Counted from the first letter of the stretch, positions 36,908 to 47,361 are shown. The stretch is DNA of 64,000 bases from an uncultured Alphaproteobacteria bacterium (GCA_944391695.1 CALXUO010000030.1:5100-69099); one strand, 5' to 3'. Notes: generated by a model not told the origin, from the letters alone. Numbers and translations: made by a program.

Positions 36908-39652
36908 ATGAAAAGGACAGAATTTATGGATGATATTCATCTGGATGATCCGAGGAAATTTTCTGCCAAACAAATAAAAATAGAAATAGAAAACGCCTCT
37001 AAAAAAAGAAATATTTGGCAATATTTGGCTGATTTGCTGGTTAAAACTTTAATTTGCGCTACATTAGTAGCAATTGATTTTACCCTGTTTGCCAACGCCG
37101 GAAACTATAATATATTTGTCTCTAATACTGATTTTACTCCTGAAGTAGGACATATTTATATTGCTATATTTTTATGTAGTTTTGTTATAATGCTGATTGC
37201 TTCGTTTTGGCCAAAATTGGAAAATATGGTTTTGTCTTTGTGTTTTGCGCTTATGACAATTGCGTTGATTAATCAATTTGCCACGTTTGAAAAGCACTCG
37301 GGATTGCTCATAATTTTTAACGGAATTTTCAGCGATGGTATAAATGCAGTATTGTATGAGTATGCTTTCTTGATTATCGGTGTTATTGCATTTGTTGTTT
37401 TTTGGATAGGGATTAGTGCGCTTAAAAGATCTTTTCGGTTTTATTTTTTGTGTGGATTGTTGGCCGTTTGGGGATGGATATTAAGTGAGGCTTATTTTAA
37501 TACGTCATCACAATATTTTAGGACTGTTGCATCTTCGCCTACACTTCGGGGGGATGATAATGGAAAGTTGTTGATTGTTTTGTCTTTTAACAATCTGACC
37601 TCGGTTGATAATTTGTTGAGCTTGAGCAATGAAAAAACACAAAATGTTGAGATAAAAAAGAGTGCTAATAATTTGCTTGGTTTTTTTGATATCAACAATT
37701 TTGTTTTGTATCCTAATGCAACGGTGAATAATCCTTATGAGCCGTTTTTGAATTTGGTATCGCTTTATAATCCTGGGAATGAAACGGAGGCCTCTTCTCA
37801 TGTAATGTCATCTGCGGAAAGGCAAGATTATTTCGATTTTAGCGCTATACAAAAAGACAGGCTTTATATTAAGGATAGTTCTCTTTACAAAATGTTACAA
37901 AAAGAAGACTACCGGATTAATGTTTATCAGACCAGAGATATTGATACCTGCTATTTGGATAATAAGTTGGCGGCGGCCGTATGTCGAGAAAAAGTTAATA
38001 TGCCGATTGCGTTCAACGAGGATATTTTTACCTCTGTGGATAAAACAGTATTGTTGACAGCTCAATGGCTTAATTCTATAGGTCTGATGCAATCAATAAA
38101 CTCAGTATTAAAGGCGGCGGAATACATAATACCAGGCAATAGTTTGAAGCCTTTGGGGTTTGATATAGATAAACTTTATGTATTGAACTCCTTTAAGGTA
38201 TTTGATTTGATTGTTGAAAGTATTGATAAGCAAAGCGGTAATCAGGCGTATTTTGCAATTATTGATTTGCCGTCTGATATGTATGCTTATGATGAGTTTT
38301 GCCAACTTAAAAAAGTTGATGAATGGAAAAGTGAGGAAAGTGTTGCTTTTGCTAAGTCTTCTTTGGAAAGTAGGCGCGAAGCTTATGCAGATCAGGTTAA
38401 TTGTTTGGTTGGTAGTTTGGAGCGTTTTATGCAACAGCTTGATAAAATGGGGCAACTTGACAATGCTACAATAGTTATTGACGGTCTGAACAATCCGCAA
38501 AGTTTGCTAAAAGATGAAGACGATTATTTTAGGCGACAACAAAGTAAAAGTCAGGTGATGTTTGCTATAAAACCAGAAAACGCTCAAAAACCAGAGATTG
38601 ATTATAGCGTTTGTAGGGTTGATGATATTGTAAATTCATATTTAATTACTCATAAGCCATGCGAAGAGTTTGTCGGAATTAGAACAACCGAAAAGAATAT
38701 GAAGCAGATTCGTGATTTTATTGAAAAAAATAAGTATAAAGACGATGTTGTGGAGGTCGCATCTCAAAACTTTGAGGAATGGGTAAGTGCTTGGATGGCT
38801 CATAATCAGTATGAAAACTATGCTCAAAAGAAAAAATTTGAGTCATCGGAAGAACAAAATGTCGATGATAACCAAATTGTAGAACTTAAGGAGAATGCTG
38901 TAAGCGAAAAGGTTGTCGAAGATGTGCCGGAGCAAAAATTGCCAAGTATTAGTGTAGCGGCTCAAGAGATGGATGTTGCTGAGAACGACGAACAGAATGA
39001 TGAAGTTTTGGGATTGGAACAAGATGCCGTAAATGAAAATAATTCGAATCAAGATGTTTTTGAAAATTCGGAAACCAAAGAGGAAAATACGGTTGAGGTA
39101 ACTAAGCCGGAGATGGAAAAAACAGAAGATATCACTGCTACAGAGAATCCTTTGACTGATAATACAGAACCTGATGTGGATGTTGCTGATAATAATGTTT
39201 TGCCAGGAATTAATAATACAGAGCAAACTACCACAGATGCAAAATCTGATATTGATACGCTTGGCAAGGATAAAGAGACTATGACAGAAGAGGTTGTTGA
39301 AGATGCTGTAGTTTCGGAAGATGTTATTCCGGATACGGTTTTTGATGTTAATGAAGACAGCAACACTACCGAAGCGGCTATTGAAAAAGCCAAGCAAGCG
39401 CTTAAAGTAAAAAAAGAAAAGAAAAAATTGTCAGAACGTGAAATTCCTAAAAAGAAACTTGATACTTTGGTTAAGGATATTGATATCCTGACTAAAAATG
39501 AAGACTTTAGGCAGGTGTTGGAAGCTCCGGTTGCTGAGGGGCAAAATCTTTCACCGGAAGAGTTAAAAAAACAATATCATCAAAATATTAAGGAGGCCGC
39601 CGATAAAATCGAAAATAACGTTAATCTTGAGGTTAAAGTTATTGAAAATTAG
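36908..39652 (+). CDS. polytopic membrane protein with a large extracytoplasmic domain (distantly sulfatase/LtaS-EptA-like architecture) and a long acidic disordered C-terminal tail
   Basis: Five or six N-terminal TM helices. Middle domain of about 350 aa. The last ~270 aa are E/D/N/T-rich low complexity. The ORF-track start at 36821 lies inside the rpsD terminator, so the first plausible ATG is 36908. Confidence 0.55.
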   Translation: MKRTEFMDDIHLDDPRKFSAKQIKIEIENASKKRNIWQYLADLLVKTLICATLVAIDFTLFANAGNYNIFVSNTDFTPEVGHIYIAIFLCSFVIMLIASFWPKLENMVLSLCFALMTIALINQFATFEKHSGLLIIFNGIFSDGINAVLYEYAFLIIGVIAFVVFWIGISALKRSFRFYFLCGLLAVWGWILSEAYFNTSSQYFRTVASSPTLRGDDNGKLLIVLSFNNLTSVDNLLSLSNEKTQNVEIKKSANNLLGFFDINNFVLYPNATVNNPYEPFLNLVSLYNPGNETEASSHVMSSAERQDYFDFSAIQKDRLYIKDSSLYKMLQKEDYRINVYQTRDIDTCYLDNKLAAAVCREKVNMPIAFNEDIFTSVDKTVLLTAQWLNSIGLMQSINSVLKAAEYIIPGNSLKPLGFDIDKLYVLNSFKVFDLIVESIDKQSGNQAYFAIIDLPSDMYAYDEFCQLKKVDEWKSEESVAFAKSSLESRREAYADQVNCLVGSLERFMQQLDKMGQLDNATIVIDGLNNPQSLLKDEDDYFRRQQSKSQVMFAIKPENAQKPEIDYSVCRVDDIVNSYLITHKPCEEFVGIRTTEKNMKQIRDFIEKNKYKDDVVEVASQNFEEWVSAWMAHNQYENYAQKKKFESSEEQNVDDNQIVELKENAVSEKVVEDVPEQKLPSISVAAQEMDVAENDEQNDEVLGLEQDAVNENNSNQDVFENSETKEENTVEVTKPEMEKTEDITATENPLTDNTEPDVDVADNNVLPGINNTEQTTTDAKSDIDTLGKDKETMTEEVVEDAVVSEDVIPDTVFDVNEDSNTTEAAIEKAKQALKVKKEKKKLSEREIPKKKLDTLVKDIDILTKNEDFRQVLEAPVAEGQNLSPEELKKQYHQNIKEAADKIENNVNLEVKVIEN

Positions 39653-39668
39653 TTCGGAGTATTGATTC

Positions 39669-40709
39669 TTGTCATTTAAAATAAAAAAAAATTATGCTTC
39701 CACAATAAGAAAAAAAATGAGGCTGTTTGCCAAAAACAAGCGGGCATACTATTCGCTGATTATTTTGAGCGTTTTGTTTGTCTTGAGTCTTTTGGCCGAA
39801 CTTATAGCCAATGATAAGCCTTTGGCGGTCAGGTATGATGGTGATTGGTATTTTCCGGCGTTTAAGACATATACGGAACAGACTTTCGGCGGGGATTTTC
39901 CGACCGAGGCCGATTACAAGGATCCGTTGATTGTTAAAAACATCAAAGAAAACGGCAATATGTGGTTTACGTTGATACCATATGCTTTTAATACGGTTGA
40001 TTATCATTTGGACGGGCCAACTCCTTCGGCGCCGGATAGAAATCACTGGCTGGGAACAGATGATGAGGGCAGGGATATTTTGGCGCGTATTTTATACGGT
40101 ATCAGATTGTCGGTGGTATTTGCTTTTGTATTAACATTTATTTCTTCGATTATAGGGATTATTGTGGGGGCGGTTCAAGGGTATTTCGGCGGTAAAACGG
40201 ATATTGTTATTCAGCGATTGTTGGAAATCTGGGATTCTTTGCCGCAGTTATTTATTTTGATTATTATTGCCAGTGTATTTGCTCCGACGTTTGGGGTATT
40301 GTTATTGATTATGCTGTTTTTTAGTTGGACATCACTGGTCGGGGTGGTAAGGGCTGAATTTTTAAGAACGCGCAATTTTGAGTTTGTTAAGGCAGCAAAA
40401 GCTCTTGGAGTGAGCGATATTCGCATTATGTTTCGTCATATTTTACCTAATGCCTTGGTGGCATCTATAACATTTATTCCTTTTATTTTATCAGAATCTA
40501 TTGTGGCATTGACTGCGCTTGACTTTTTGGGGCTTGGGCTATCACACGAGTATCCATCTTTGGGCGATTTGGTAAGACAGGGCAAAGATAATTTGCAGGC
40601 GCCTTGGATCGGTATATCTATATTTGTGGTTTTGTCGTCTTTGCTGACAATGCTTATATTCATCGGCGAGGGAATAAGAGATGTATTTGACACCAGGAGA
40701 ACCCGCTGA
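39669..40709 (+). CDS. yejE: ABC transporter permease, YejE-like (peptide/microcin C importer family)
   Basis: OppC_N-like N-terminus plus BPD_transp_1 core. Confidence 0.8.
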   Translation: MSFKIKKNYASTIRKKMRLFAKNKRAYYSLIILSVLFVLSLLAELIANDKPLAVRYDGDWYFPAFKTYTEQTFGGDFPTEADYKDPLIVKNIKENGNMWFTLIPYAFNTVDYHLDGPTPSAPDRNHWLGTDDEGRDILARILYGIRLSVVFAFVLTFISSIIGIIVGAVQGYFGGKTDIVIQRLLEIWDSLPQLFILIIIASVFAPTFGVLLLIMLFFSWTSLVGVVRAEFLRTRNFEFVKAAKALGVSDIRIMFRHILPNALVASITFIPFILSESIVALTALDFLGLGLSHEYPSLGDLVRQGKDNLQAPWIGISIFVVLSSLLTMLIFIGEGIRDVFDTRRTR

Positions 40710-42316
40710 TGAGTGATTTGTTGGAAGTTAAAAACTTTAGCGTCGGATTTAGGAAAGATGACGGATATTGTTATAAGGTGGTAAAAGATATTTCGTTTAG
40801 TTTGAAAAAAGGCGAGGTTTTGGGGATCGTTGGCGAATCAGGCTCAGGAAAATCAATAACCGCGTTATCGATTTTGGGGCTTTTGCCTTATCCCAAAGCG
40901 TTTCATGGCAAGGGAAGCTCCATAAAATTTGAAGGAGTTGAGCTGCTTGATAACCCCAATATAAGGAACTATCGCGGCGGCAAAGTCGGGTTTGTGTTTC
41001 AGGAGCCGATGTCATCACTTAATCCCTTACATAAAGTTGGCAAACAAATTGTTGAAACTATTATTTTGCATCAGAAATTATCTGCAAAACGTGCTAAAGC
41101 AAAAACTATAAGATTATTAAAATTAACCGGCATTCAAAATCCAAAAGCCAAATTTGAGGCCTATCCGCATGAACTTTCGGGCGGGCAGCGGCAACGCGTT
41201 ATGATTGCTATGGCTATTGCCAATAATCCGGATATTTTGATTGCTGATGAACCAACAACAGCATTGGATGTTACGATTGCGGCACAAATAATCGATTTGC
41301 TTTTAAAATTAAAAAAAGAGCTAAATATGGCTGTTATATTTATCAGCCATGATTTGAACGTTATTCGCAAGATTGCTGATCGGGTTTTGGTGATGAAAAG
41401 CGGCAGGATTATTGAGCAGGGCAAATGCGAAGATATATTTAATCATCCTAAAGAAAGGTATACCAAATCGCTGATTTATGCCTCTAATGTGTCAAAAGAA
41501 CCCAATAACAATCAAAACGATTTTGTATTGCAGGCTCATCGTTTGGTGGTTAAATATCCGCTAAAAAAAAGCTTTTGGGGCAAGGTTAGGGAATATCTTT
41601 ATGCCGTTAATAACATATCTGTCAAGCTAAAGGCAGGAAAAACATTAGGAATTGTGGGAGAATCAGGCTCGGGCAAAACCACATTGGGGATGGCAATAGC
41701 CGGATTAAATAAGTTTGAAGGTGATATATTTTATAAAGGGCAAGACATAAAACTGATTAAAAACAAAGAGTTGAGAAAAAAAATCCAGATTGTGTTTCAG
41801 GACCCTTATAACTCGCTTAACCCACGCATGACGGTTGGTGATATTGTGGGCGAGGGGCTGTTGGTTCATTTTAAAAATTTGAGCAAAAACGATAGGATAA
41901 ACAAAGTTGTTAATGTATTACATGAAGTTGGGCTAAAGGAAGATATCCTAAATAAATATCCGCATGAGTTTTCCGGCGGGCAGCGGCAGCGTATTGCCAT
42001 TGCCAGGGCTTTGGTGGTGGAACCGGAGGTGCTTATTTTGGACGAGCCGACATCGGCTTTGGATGTTACCATCGCGGCGCAAATCCTAAAATTATTACAG
42101 AAAATTCAAAAGGATAGGGGTTTAGCTTATCTTTTTATTACTCACGATATGAAAGCAATTAAGGCGATGGCAGATGATATCGCCGTGTTGAAAGATGGCA
42201 AAATCGTCGAGCTTAATGCTGCCGGCAAAATATTTAATCAGCCGCGGCATCCTTATACCAAAAATCTGATTTATTCGGCTAATTTGAAAAAACAATTTAT
42301 CTATAAAAGGAGATAG
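40709..42316 (+). CDS. yejF: ABC transporter ATP-binding protein with duplicated ATPase domains, YejF-like
   Basis: Two Walker A motifs ('GESGSGKS', 'GESGSGKTT') and two signature motifs ('LSGGQRQR', 'FSGGQRQR'). Confidence 0.85.
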   Translation: MSDLLEVKNFSVGFRKDDGYCYKVVKDISFSLKKGEVLGIVGESGSGKSITALSILGLLPYPKAFHGKGSSIKFEGVELLDNPNIRNYRGGKVGFVFQEPMSSLNPLHKVGKQIVETIILHQKLSAKRAKAKTIRLLKLTGIQNPKAKFEAYPHELSGGQRQRVMIAMAIANNPDILIADEPTTALDVTIAAQIIDLLLKLKKELNMAVIFISHDLNVIRKIADRVLVMKSGRIIEQGKCEDIFNHPKERYTKSLIYASNVSKEPNNNQNDFVLQAHRLVVKYPLKKSFWGKVREYLYAVNNISVKLKAGKTLGIVGESGSGKTTLGMAIAGLNKFEGDIFYKGQDIKLIKNKELRKKIQIVFQDPYNSLNPRMTVGDIVGEGLLVHFKNLSKNDRINKVVNVLHEVGLKEDILNKYPHEFSGGQRQRIAIARALVVEPEVLILDEPTSALDVTIAAQILKLLQKIQKDRGLAYLFITHDMKAIKAMADDIAVLKDGKIVELNAAGKIFNQPRHPYTKNLIYSANLKKQFIYKRR

Positions 42317-42318
42317 AG

Positions 42319-42663
42319 ATGAGCAAAACTAAAACTTATGTTTCGATTTTGATTGCGGCGATTGTGATAATTGCCATCGGTTTTATTATGAATATCAATA
42401 TGATAAAATCTTTTGTGATGATGTGTCTTAATTTCGCCGGCAACAATATTCAATCGGTTGCGGCGGCAGTATGCGCTTTTATCTTCTTGGGTAACAAGAA
42501 TTATTGGCTGATTATGCTGGGTTGTGCGATTGTTACGGCGTTGGTGGTGCAGGTTGTGGTTATGGGGCAGAGCGCAGGATTGCTTGTTTTGGCAGCCAGA
42601 ACAGTAACATTTATGGCGATTGTGTTCTTAATGAATTTTGTTAAGCTGCTGATTAACAAATAA
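42319..42663 (+). CDS. small integral membrane protein (about 4 TM), coupled to yejF
   Basis: Starts 3 nt after the yejF stop. Hydrophobic throughout. Confidence 0.5.
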   Translation: MSKTKTYVSILIAAIVIIAIGFIMNINMIKSFVMMCLNFAGNNIQSVAAAVCAFIFLGNKNYWLIMLGCAIVTALVVQVVVMGQSAGLLVLAARTVTFMAIVFLMNFVKLLINK

Positions 42664-42669
42664 AAAACC

Positions 42670-42698
42670 AAAGGGCTCTTGCGAAAAGAGCCCTTTTT
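42670..42698. terminator. bidirectional rho-independent terminator
   Basis: 10-bp stem aagggctctt / aagagccctt, loop gcgaa, then TTTTT. Confidence 0.75.
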
Positions 42699-42699
42699 G

Positions 42700-43482
42700 T
42701 TACTCCCAGGTTTGAACCAAGTTAAGCGACATCTGCAAATCCTCAGGATAACCGGTTGATGTTGCAAGCGAAAATATGACGTCAGTATCGTTTAACTTAT
42801 CATGAAGCAGGTCTTCATAATCAATATTTCCTTCGCCGATAACCACACAGCGCTTGAGCTCGGCATCGTAGTCTTTTAAGTGAAAATATTGGCATTTGTT
42901 GATGATATCTTGCAACTCTTGCGGCTTGAAATCATCGGCCATGGCGATGGTGTTACCCATATTTAGCAACGGAAAAATATTGGAAAATCCATACAATTCA
43001 AGTAGTTGATGCATGGAGCTGATGGTCGAGATGTTGCAAGCGGCATCGTTTTCCAGCAAAAGCGAAATACCGCGCTCCAAAGCCATTTGGCTATAGACAT
43101 CAAGTTTTTTACCCAAATCTTCTATCGATATTTTATTATCTTTCAAATAAGAATATATGACAATATTGGGAGCGCCGAAAATATCGGCCAAATCCATCAA
43201 TTTGGTAAAATATTCGGCCTCATCGGCGACTTTTTGCCCGCAAATGCTAAAATCAGCCTTGCTTTCAGACCATTTAAGAAAAGGCGAGGCGATGGACGAT
43301 ACCAAGATCCCTGACGACAATATCTTGCCCGCCATCTCAGAGGCCTCAGCAAGCGTAAAATCGCAGATATTGCGGCTGTTGATATTGCGCAACTCGATAT
43401 AGCGCAAATTGTTCTTTTTAGCAAAGCGAAGGCTATCTTCTAGGTTGGAAGAATATTCGTCATTGATAAAGCTTATTTCCAT
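42700..43482 (-). CDS. sugar phosphate isomerase/epimerase (xylose-isomerase-like TIM barrel)
   Basis: 'LLLEN' and 'FHLKD' motifs of the AP-endonuclease-2 / TIM-barrel family. Confidence 0.7.
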   Translation of the reverse strand: MEISFINDEYSSNLEDSLRFAKKNNLRYIELRNINSRNICDFTLAEASEMAGKILSSGILVSSIASPFLKWSESKADFSICGQKVADEAEYFTKLMDLADIFGAPNIVIYSYLKDNKISIEDLGKKLDVYSQMALERGISLLLENDAACNISTISSMHQLLELYGFSNIFPLLNMGNTIAMADDFKPQELQDIINKCQYFHLKDYDAELKRCVVIGEGNIDYEDLLHDKLNDTDVIFSLATSTGYPEDLQMSLNLVQTWE

Positions 43483-43545
43483 AATGTGTTTCCTATATTA
43501 AAAGATGTGTTTATGGGGCATAAATAAAACCATAAATATCAAAAA

Positions 43546-44115
43546 TCAAGAGTTTTTTAGTTTGGCAAAGACTAATCTGTCATGAAATTTATTATCACTA
43601 AAGATTGCATCTTTATTGGCTCCTTCAAAGATATAGCCTGAGCGCTTGGCCACATTGGATGAGCGTATATTTTCTTGCTGAGTGGTGATAACCAGGCGGT
43701 GCAGACCTTGCAAAAAAGATGCTGTTTCAATCAATTTGACGGCCTGTGTCATATAGCCGAAACCATTATATTCCGGAGCCAGCCAATAGCCGATCTCGGC
43801 ACTGTGATTTTCGCAATCGACATTATGAATATCTATCGAGCCAACAGCTTTGCCGGTTGATTTTAGGACGATAGAGTAGGCAAAATCGGTGCCTTTGTGC
43901 CATTTGTCGGTAAACATATCGGTGGCGGAGTTGCAATCTTGCAGGGAATGAGTTTTATCAACCCAGGGCATATAAGTGCGTAAAAAGTTGCGGTTCTTAT
44001 CAGTTTCAGACCACATATCTTCGTCATATTTATGATTATTACGAGATGACAACAGAATGGTGTCATTTTCGATGATTTCTGGCATTACAAAGTTTTCGAG
44101 CATATAAAACCTCAT
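43546..44115 (-). CDS. GNAT N-acetyltransferase (RimJ/RimL-like)
   Basis: Acetyl-CoA binding region 'IGYWLAPEYNGFGYMTQAV'. Confidence 0.8.
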   Translation of the reverse strand: MRFYMLENFVMPEIIENDTILLSSRNNHKYDEDMWSETDKNRNFLRTYMPWVDKTHSLQDCNSATDMFTDKWHKGTDFAYSIVLKSTGKAVGSIDIHNVDCENHSAEIGYWLAPEYNGFGYMTQAVKLIETASFLQGLHRLVITTQQENIRSSNVAKRSGYIFEGANKDAIFSDNKFHDRLVFAKLKNS

Positions 44116-44305
44116 TGTAAATGTGTTGTAATTTTTGTCAAGTATATAACATCAGTTTGATTTTGCAACATTATTTTGCTCTGTTTTTTGAGGGAGCTTT
44201 TTTTATCAGGGGACATCTTTTATTCATAAATATATTGTCGCATAATATATATTATGTATACAAAAACATATTAAAAAAGAGGGATGATGTGAAATAGCCC
44301 CAGAT

Positions 44306-44557
44306 TTATACCAATCTGAGCTTACCTAACAGTGGCAAATATATTTGCTCGGCTTTTGATATTAGCTCTTGCGGCGATAATTCGGTGATATCTTTCTTTA
44401 TTTGCTGCATTTTTATAATGCAATCTTCTTTTGTCGCTGCGTCTTGCAACAATCTGATTGAATACTCGCGATATAATAACAGCAAAACAAAATGCGCGTC
44501 TTCAATATTTTGCACTTTGTGCTTGTTTTGCATCAAATCCATCCGATTATTTGCCAT
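44306..44557 (-). CDS. hypothetical small protein (83 aa)
   Basis: Open frame overlapping the 3' end of the phosphatase gene by 25 nt. No motif. Could be spurious. Confidence 0.25.
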   Translation of the reverse strand: MANNRMDLMQNKHKVQNIEDAHFVLLLLYREYSIRLLQDAATKEDCIIKMQQIKKDITELSPQELISKAEQIYLPLLGKLRLV

Positions 44558-45114
44558 GTATCGTTTTCCTTTTTGAGGTGCAATATAGCCCCGTTTGAGA
44601 CATTTTGGCAGCTTTGTCCTAAGGCGATCATCGTTTGGGCCAACGCAATGCCATGCGATGATATGGCTATAACATCATAATCTTTTTGGCTTACCCAATA
44701 CTCAAGGCCGGCAAAAACACGCTCGCGCACTTGTTTTTTGGTCTCGCCACCCGGATAGCAGATGTTTTCATCGGGTACTACATTATGCAGTTTATCATAT
44801 ATATCTTTGTATTGGCTTAATATTTTGTCTTGAGGCCAGCCCTCGACACAGCCAACGTTAATCTCTATAAAGCGCTCGTCCTCAACTATATTGACATTTA
44901 GGCTTTGATTGGCAAGCTCGGCGGTTTGGCGGGCGCGTTTGAGAGGCGATGTAACAATAAGCTCTATGCCTTTGTCTTTAAGCTTTTGGCCGATACCAGC
45001 CGCCTGCTCTTGTCCAAGCTCTGTCAACACCGAATCATTGGTATGGCCTTGAGTACGCCCAATGAGGTTATAGGTGCTTTGTCCATGCCTAAATATATAA
45101 AAATCTTTTGTCAT
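44533..45114 (-). CDS. histidine phosphatase family protein (phosphoglycerate-mutase-like)
   Basis: 'RHGQSTYN' catalytic RHG motif. Confidence 0.8.
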   Translation of the reverse strand: MTKDFYIFRHGQSTYNLIGRTQGHTNDSVLTELGQEQAAGIGQKLKDKGIELIVTSPLKRARQTAELANQSLNVNIVEDERFIEINVGCVEGWPQDKILSQYKDIYDKLHNVVPDENICYPGGETKKQVRERVFAGLEYWVSQKDYDVIAISSHGIALAQTMIALGQSCQNVSNGAILHLKKENDTWQIIGWI

Positions 45115-46031
45115 TTCAAGGCTCTATTAAATTCTTTGGTTATGGTTTGGTTAAGCAGCTTGCTGACATGGCCAAAATCAGGCACTATTTCAAGGTGCGA
45201 ATTCTTTAGGCTGCAATGCACATCCCATGCACCTTTGAGAGGTGCTATCAAATCAAGCCTGTTGTGGACAATACATGCTTCTATCTCTTTGATTTTGTTT
45301 ATATTATCCAAAATATCATTGGCACTTAAAAAGAAATTGTTGGCGGAATAGTGCATATAAATCCGCTGGGAAGCCAATTCTTTTTCGGAAAGCTCGGTAA
45401 AAGTGCCAAATGCCGGGTTCATACTGCCGCAAACACGCTCAAACCAGCCATAATGATTGGCGGCGGTGAGCTGATCTTGTAGGTTATCGGACTGGATTAA
45501 TTTGTTGTAATAATCGATTGTTTTTCCAGCGGATTCTTCTTGCATATATGATACAAATTCAGGGTATAAGTACCCGCTTCCACCAAACTCCCACTGGTGG
45601 AAATCCTGGTTGGCCAAAAACACCTGCGAGAGCAACAATTTTTCTACTCTTTGCGGGTGTTTTTCAGCCCACAACAACGCTAAAGTCGATCCCCAAGAGG
45701 CTCCGCGCAAAATTACTTTGCCCTGGATATTTAGATGCTCCAATAAACGATCAACATCATCTAATAAATCTTGAGTGGTATTATGCTCTAATTTGCCCAA
45801 AGGCTGGGATTGTCCGCAACCGCGCTGATCAATCATAATCGCGCGATATTTGCGCAAATTAATGGTTTTGGCATATTTGGCTTTGCAACTGCCGCCGGGG
45901 CCGCCGTGAAAAAATATTACCGGCATACCTTTTTTGTTACCGAACTCGGCAAAATAAACCAAATGACCGTCTTTTTCCGGCAAAAAGCCACTATTAAAAG
46001 GTTTGGGAATAAACCAGTCTTGCCAAAACAT
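45111..46031 (-). CDS. pip: proline iminopeptidase (alpha/beta hydrolase, S33)
   Basis: 'FFHGGPG' and nucleophile elbow 'GASWGS'. Start refined to the ATG 3 nt after the queH stop, with an AGGAG RBS. Confidence 0.85.
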   Translation of the reverse strand: MFWQDWFIPKPFNSGFLPEKDGHLVYFAEFGNKKGMPVIFFHGGPGGSCKAKYAKTINLRKYRAIMIDQRGCGQSQPLGKLEHNTTQDLLDDVDRLLEHLNIQGKVILRGASWGSTLALLWAEKHPQRVEKLLLSQVFLANQDFHQWEFGGSGYLYPEFVSYMQEESAGKTIDYYNKLIQSDNLQDQLTAANHYGWFERVCGSMNPAFGTFTELSEKELASQRIYMHYSANNFFLSANDILDNINKIKEIEACIVHNRLDLIAPLKGAWDVHCSLKNSHLEIVPDFGHVSKLLNQTITKEFNRALK

Positions 46032-46033
46032 TC

Positions 46034-46564
46034 TTACTCCTTTCGCGGTTTGCAACCGCAATAAGTTTGATTATACAACTCAAGCTCTTTTATCAATTCT
46101 TGGCGGCGCTCTTGCATGCCGCCCTTGCGACCCTCTATCTCCAAATAGGGCAATCCGGCTTTTTCTGCTGCCGCCTGAGCCGCCCGATTGACCTGCGCTA
46201 AGTCTTTGTAGCGCGAAACGCCCAAAACGCTGGCAACAGCGTCAAAGCCCTCATCTTTGGCATAGGCAAAAGCACGCTCAAACCGCATCGAAAAGCAAAT
46301 ACTGCAACGCTTATCCCTTTCAGGCAAATCTTCCAATCCTTGGGTTAACTCACACCAACGGGTATTATCATACTCAAGCTCAATAAACTTAACACCATAT
46401 TTTCGGCACAAGCGCTCATTCTCGTCGCGGCGTTTTTGATACTCGGCCAAAGGTCTGATATTGGGATTATAAAACAAAACTGCAAAATCGGCCTTTTCCT
46501 GAGCCAATTTCTCAATTACCGCGCAAGAACACGGAGCACAGCATGACAATAGTAAAAAGCGCAT
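46034..46564 (-). CDS. queH: epoxyqueuosine reductase QueH (DUF208)
   Basis: 'LLSCCAPCS' and 'CSICF...CGCK' cysteine motifs. Confidence 0.8.
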   Translation of the reverse strand: MRFLLLSCCAPCSCAVIEKLAQEKADFAVLFYNPNIRPLAEYQKRRDENERLCRKYGVKFIELEYDNTRWCELTQGLEDLPERDKRCSICFSMRFERAFAYAKDEGFDAVASVLGVSRYKDLAQVNRAAQAAAEKAGLPYLEIEGRKGGMQERRQELIKELELYNQTYCGCKPRKE

Positions 46565-46641
46565 TTTACTTGTTTTCCTCTTATTTTGGAATTATAAAAA
46601 AATAACTAGTTATTGCAACAGATATTTTGAGGTTTTTGGGT

Positions 46642-47361
46642 ATGAAAATTTTTAAGAATATAGTTATTTTGACCGGTGCTGGGATATCAGCCGAATCAGG
46701 CTTGGCAACTTTTAGAGCCTCCAACGGGCTTTGGAATAACCACAAAGTGGAAGATGTGGCAACAATTGAGGCTTTTCAAAAAAATCCGCAATATGTGCAT
46801 GAATTTTATAATGAGCTTAAGAAAGAACTGGTTAAGGCCAAGCCTAATGCCGCTCATCTGGCAATTACCAAGCTGCAAAACGAATATCCGGCCGACATCA
46901 ATATTGTTACTCAAAATGTTGACACCCTGCACGAAAAAGCCAAAAGTAAAAATATCTATCATGTTCACGGGCAGATTAATCAGGCGGTTTGCCTTAATTG
47001 CGGGCATATTTTGGAAACTTTTGGCGATGTCGACACCGAAACCGTATGTCCTAATTGTCAGGTTGCCGGAATGATGAAGCCCAATATCGTATTTTTTGGC
47101 GAAAATCTTTTATATATGGACAAGGTTGATGAGTTGTTAAGGAGTTGCGACCTATTCTTATCTATCGGCACATCAGGGGTGGTATTTCCGGCGGCAGCCT
47201 TTGTACAGACAGCCAAATATTACGGTGCCTTAACCTATGAATTTAATCTGGAGCCAACCTCAAATAATTTTTATTTTGATCATCATATCATGGGAAAGGC
47301 AGGCGTTACCCTGCCCGCCTTTGTCGATGAAATGACAGCATCTCTTAAAAACGGCGATTGA
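46642..47361 (+). CDS. cobB: NAD-dependent protein deacylase (Sir2 family)
   Basis: 'LTGAGISAESG' and Zn ribbon 'CLNCGH...CPNC'. Confidence 0.85.
   Translation: MKIFKNIVILTGAGISAESGLATFRASNGLWNNHKVEDVATIEAFQKNPQYVHEFYNELKKELVKAKPNAAHLAITKLQNEYPADINIVTQNVDTLHEKAKSKNIYHVHGQINQAVCLNCGHILETFGDVDTETVCPNCQVAGMMKPNIVFFGENLLYMDKVDELLRSCDLFLSIGTSGVVFPAAAFVQTAKYYGALTYEFNLEPTSNNFYFDHHIMGKAGVTLPAFVDEMTASLKNGD

Noticed and set aside
44385-44680. Small plus-strand ORFs (63 and 62 aa) overlapping the histidine phosphatase gene
   Set aside because: They are antisense to a well-supported CDS, Cys/Phe-rich, and have no RBS.
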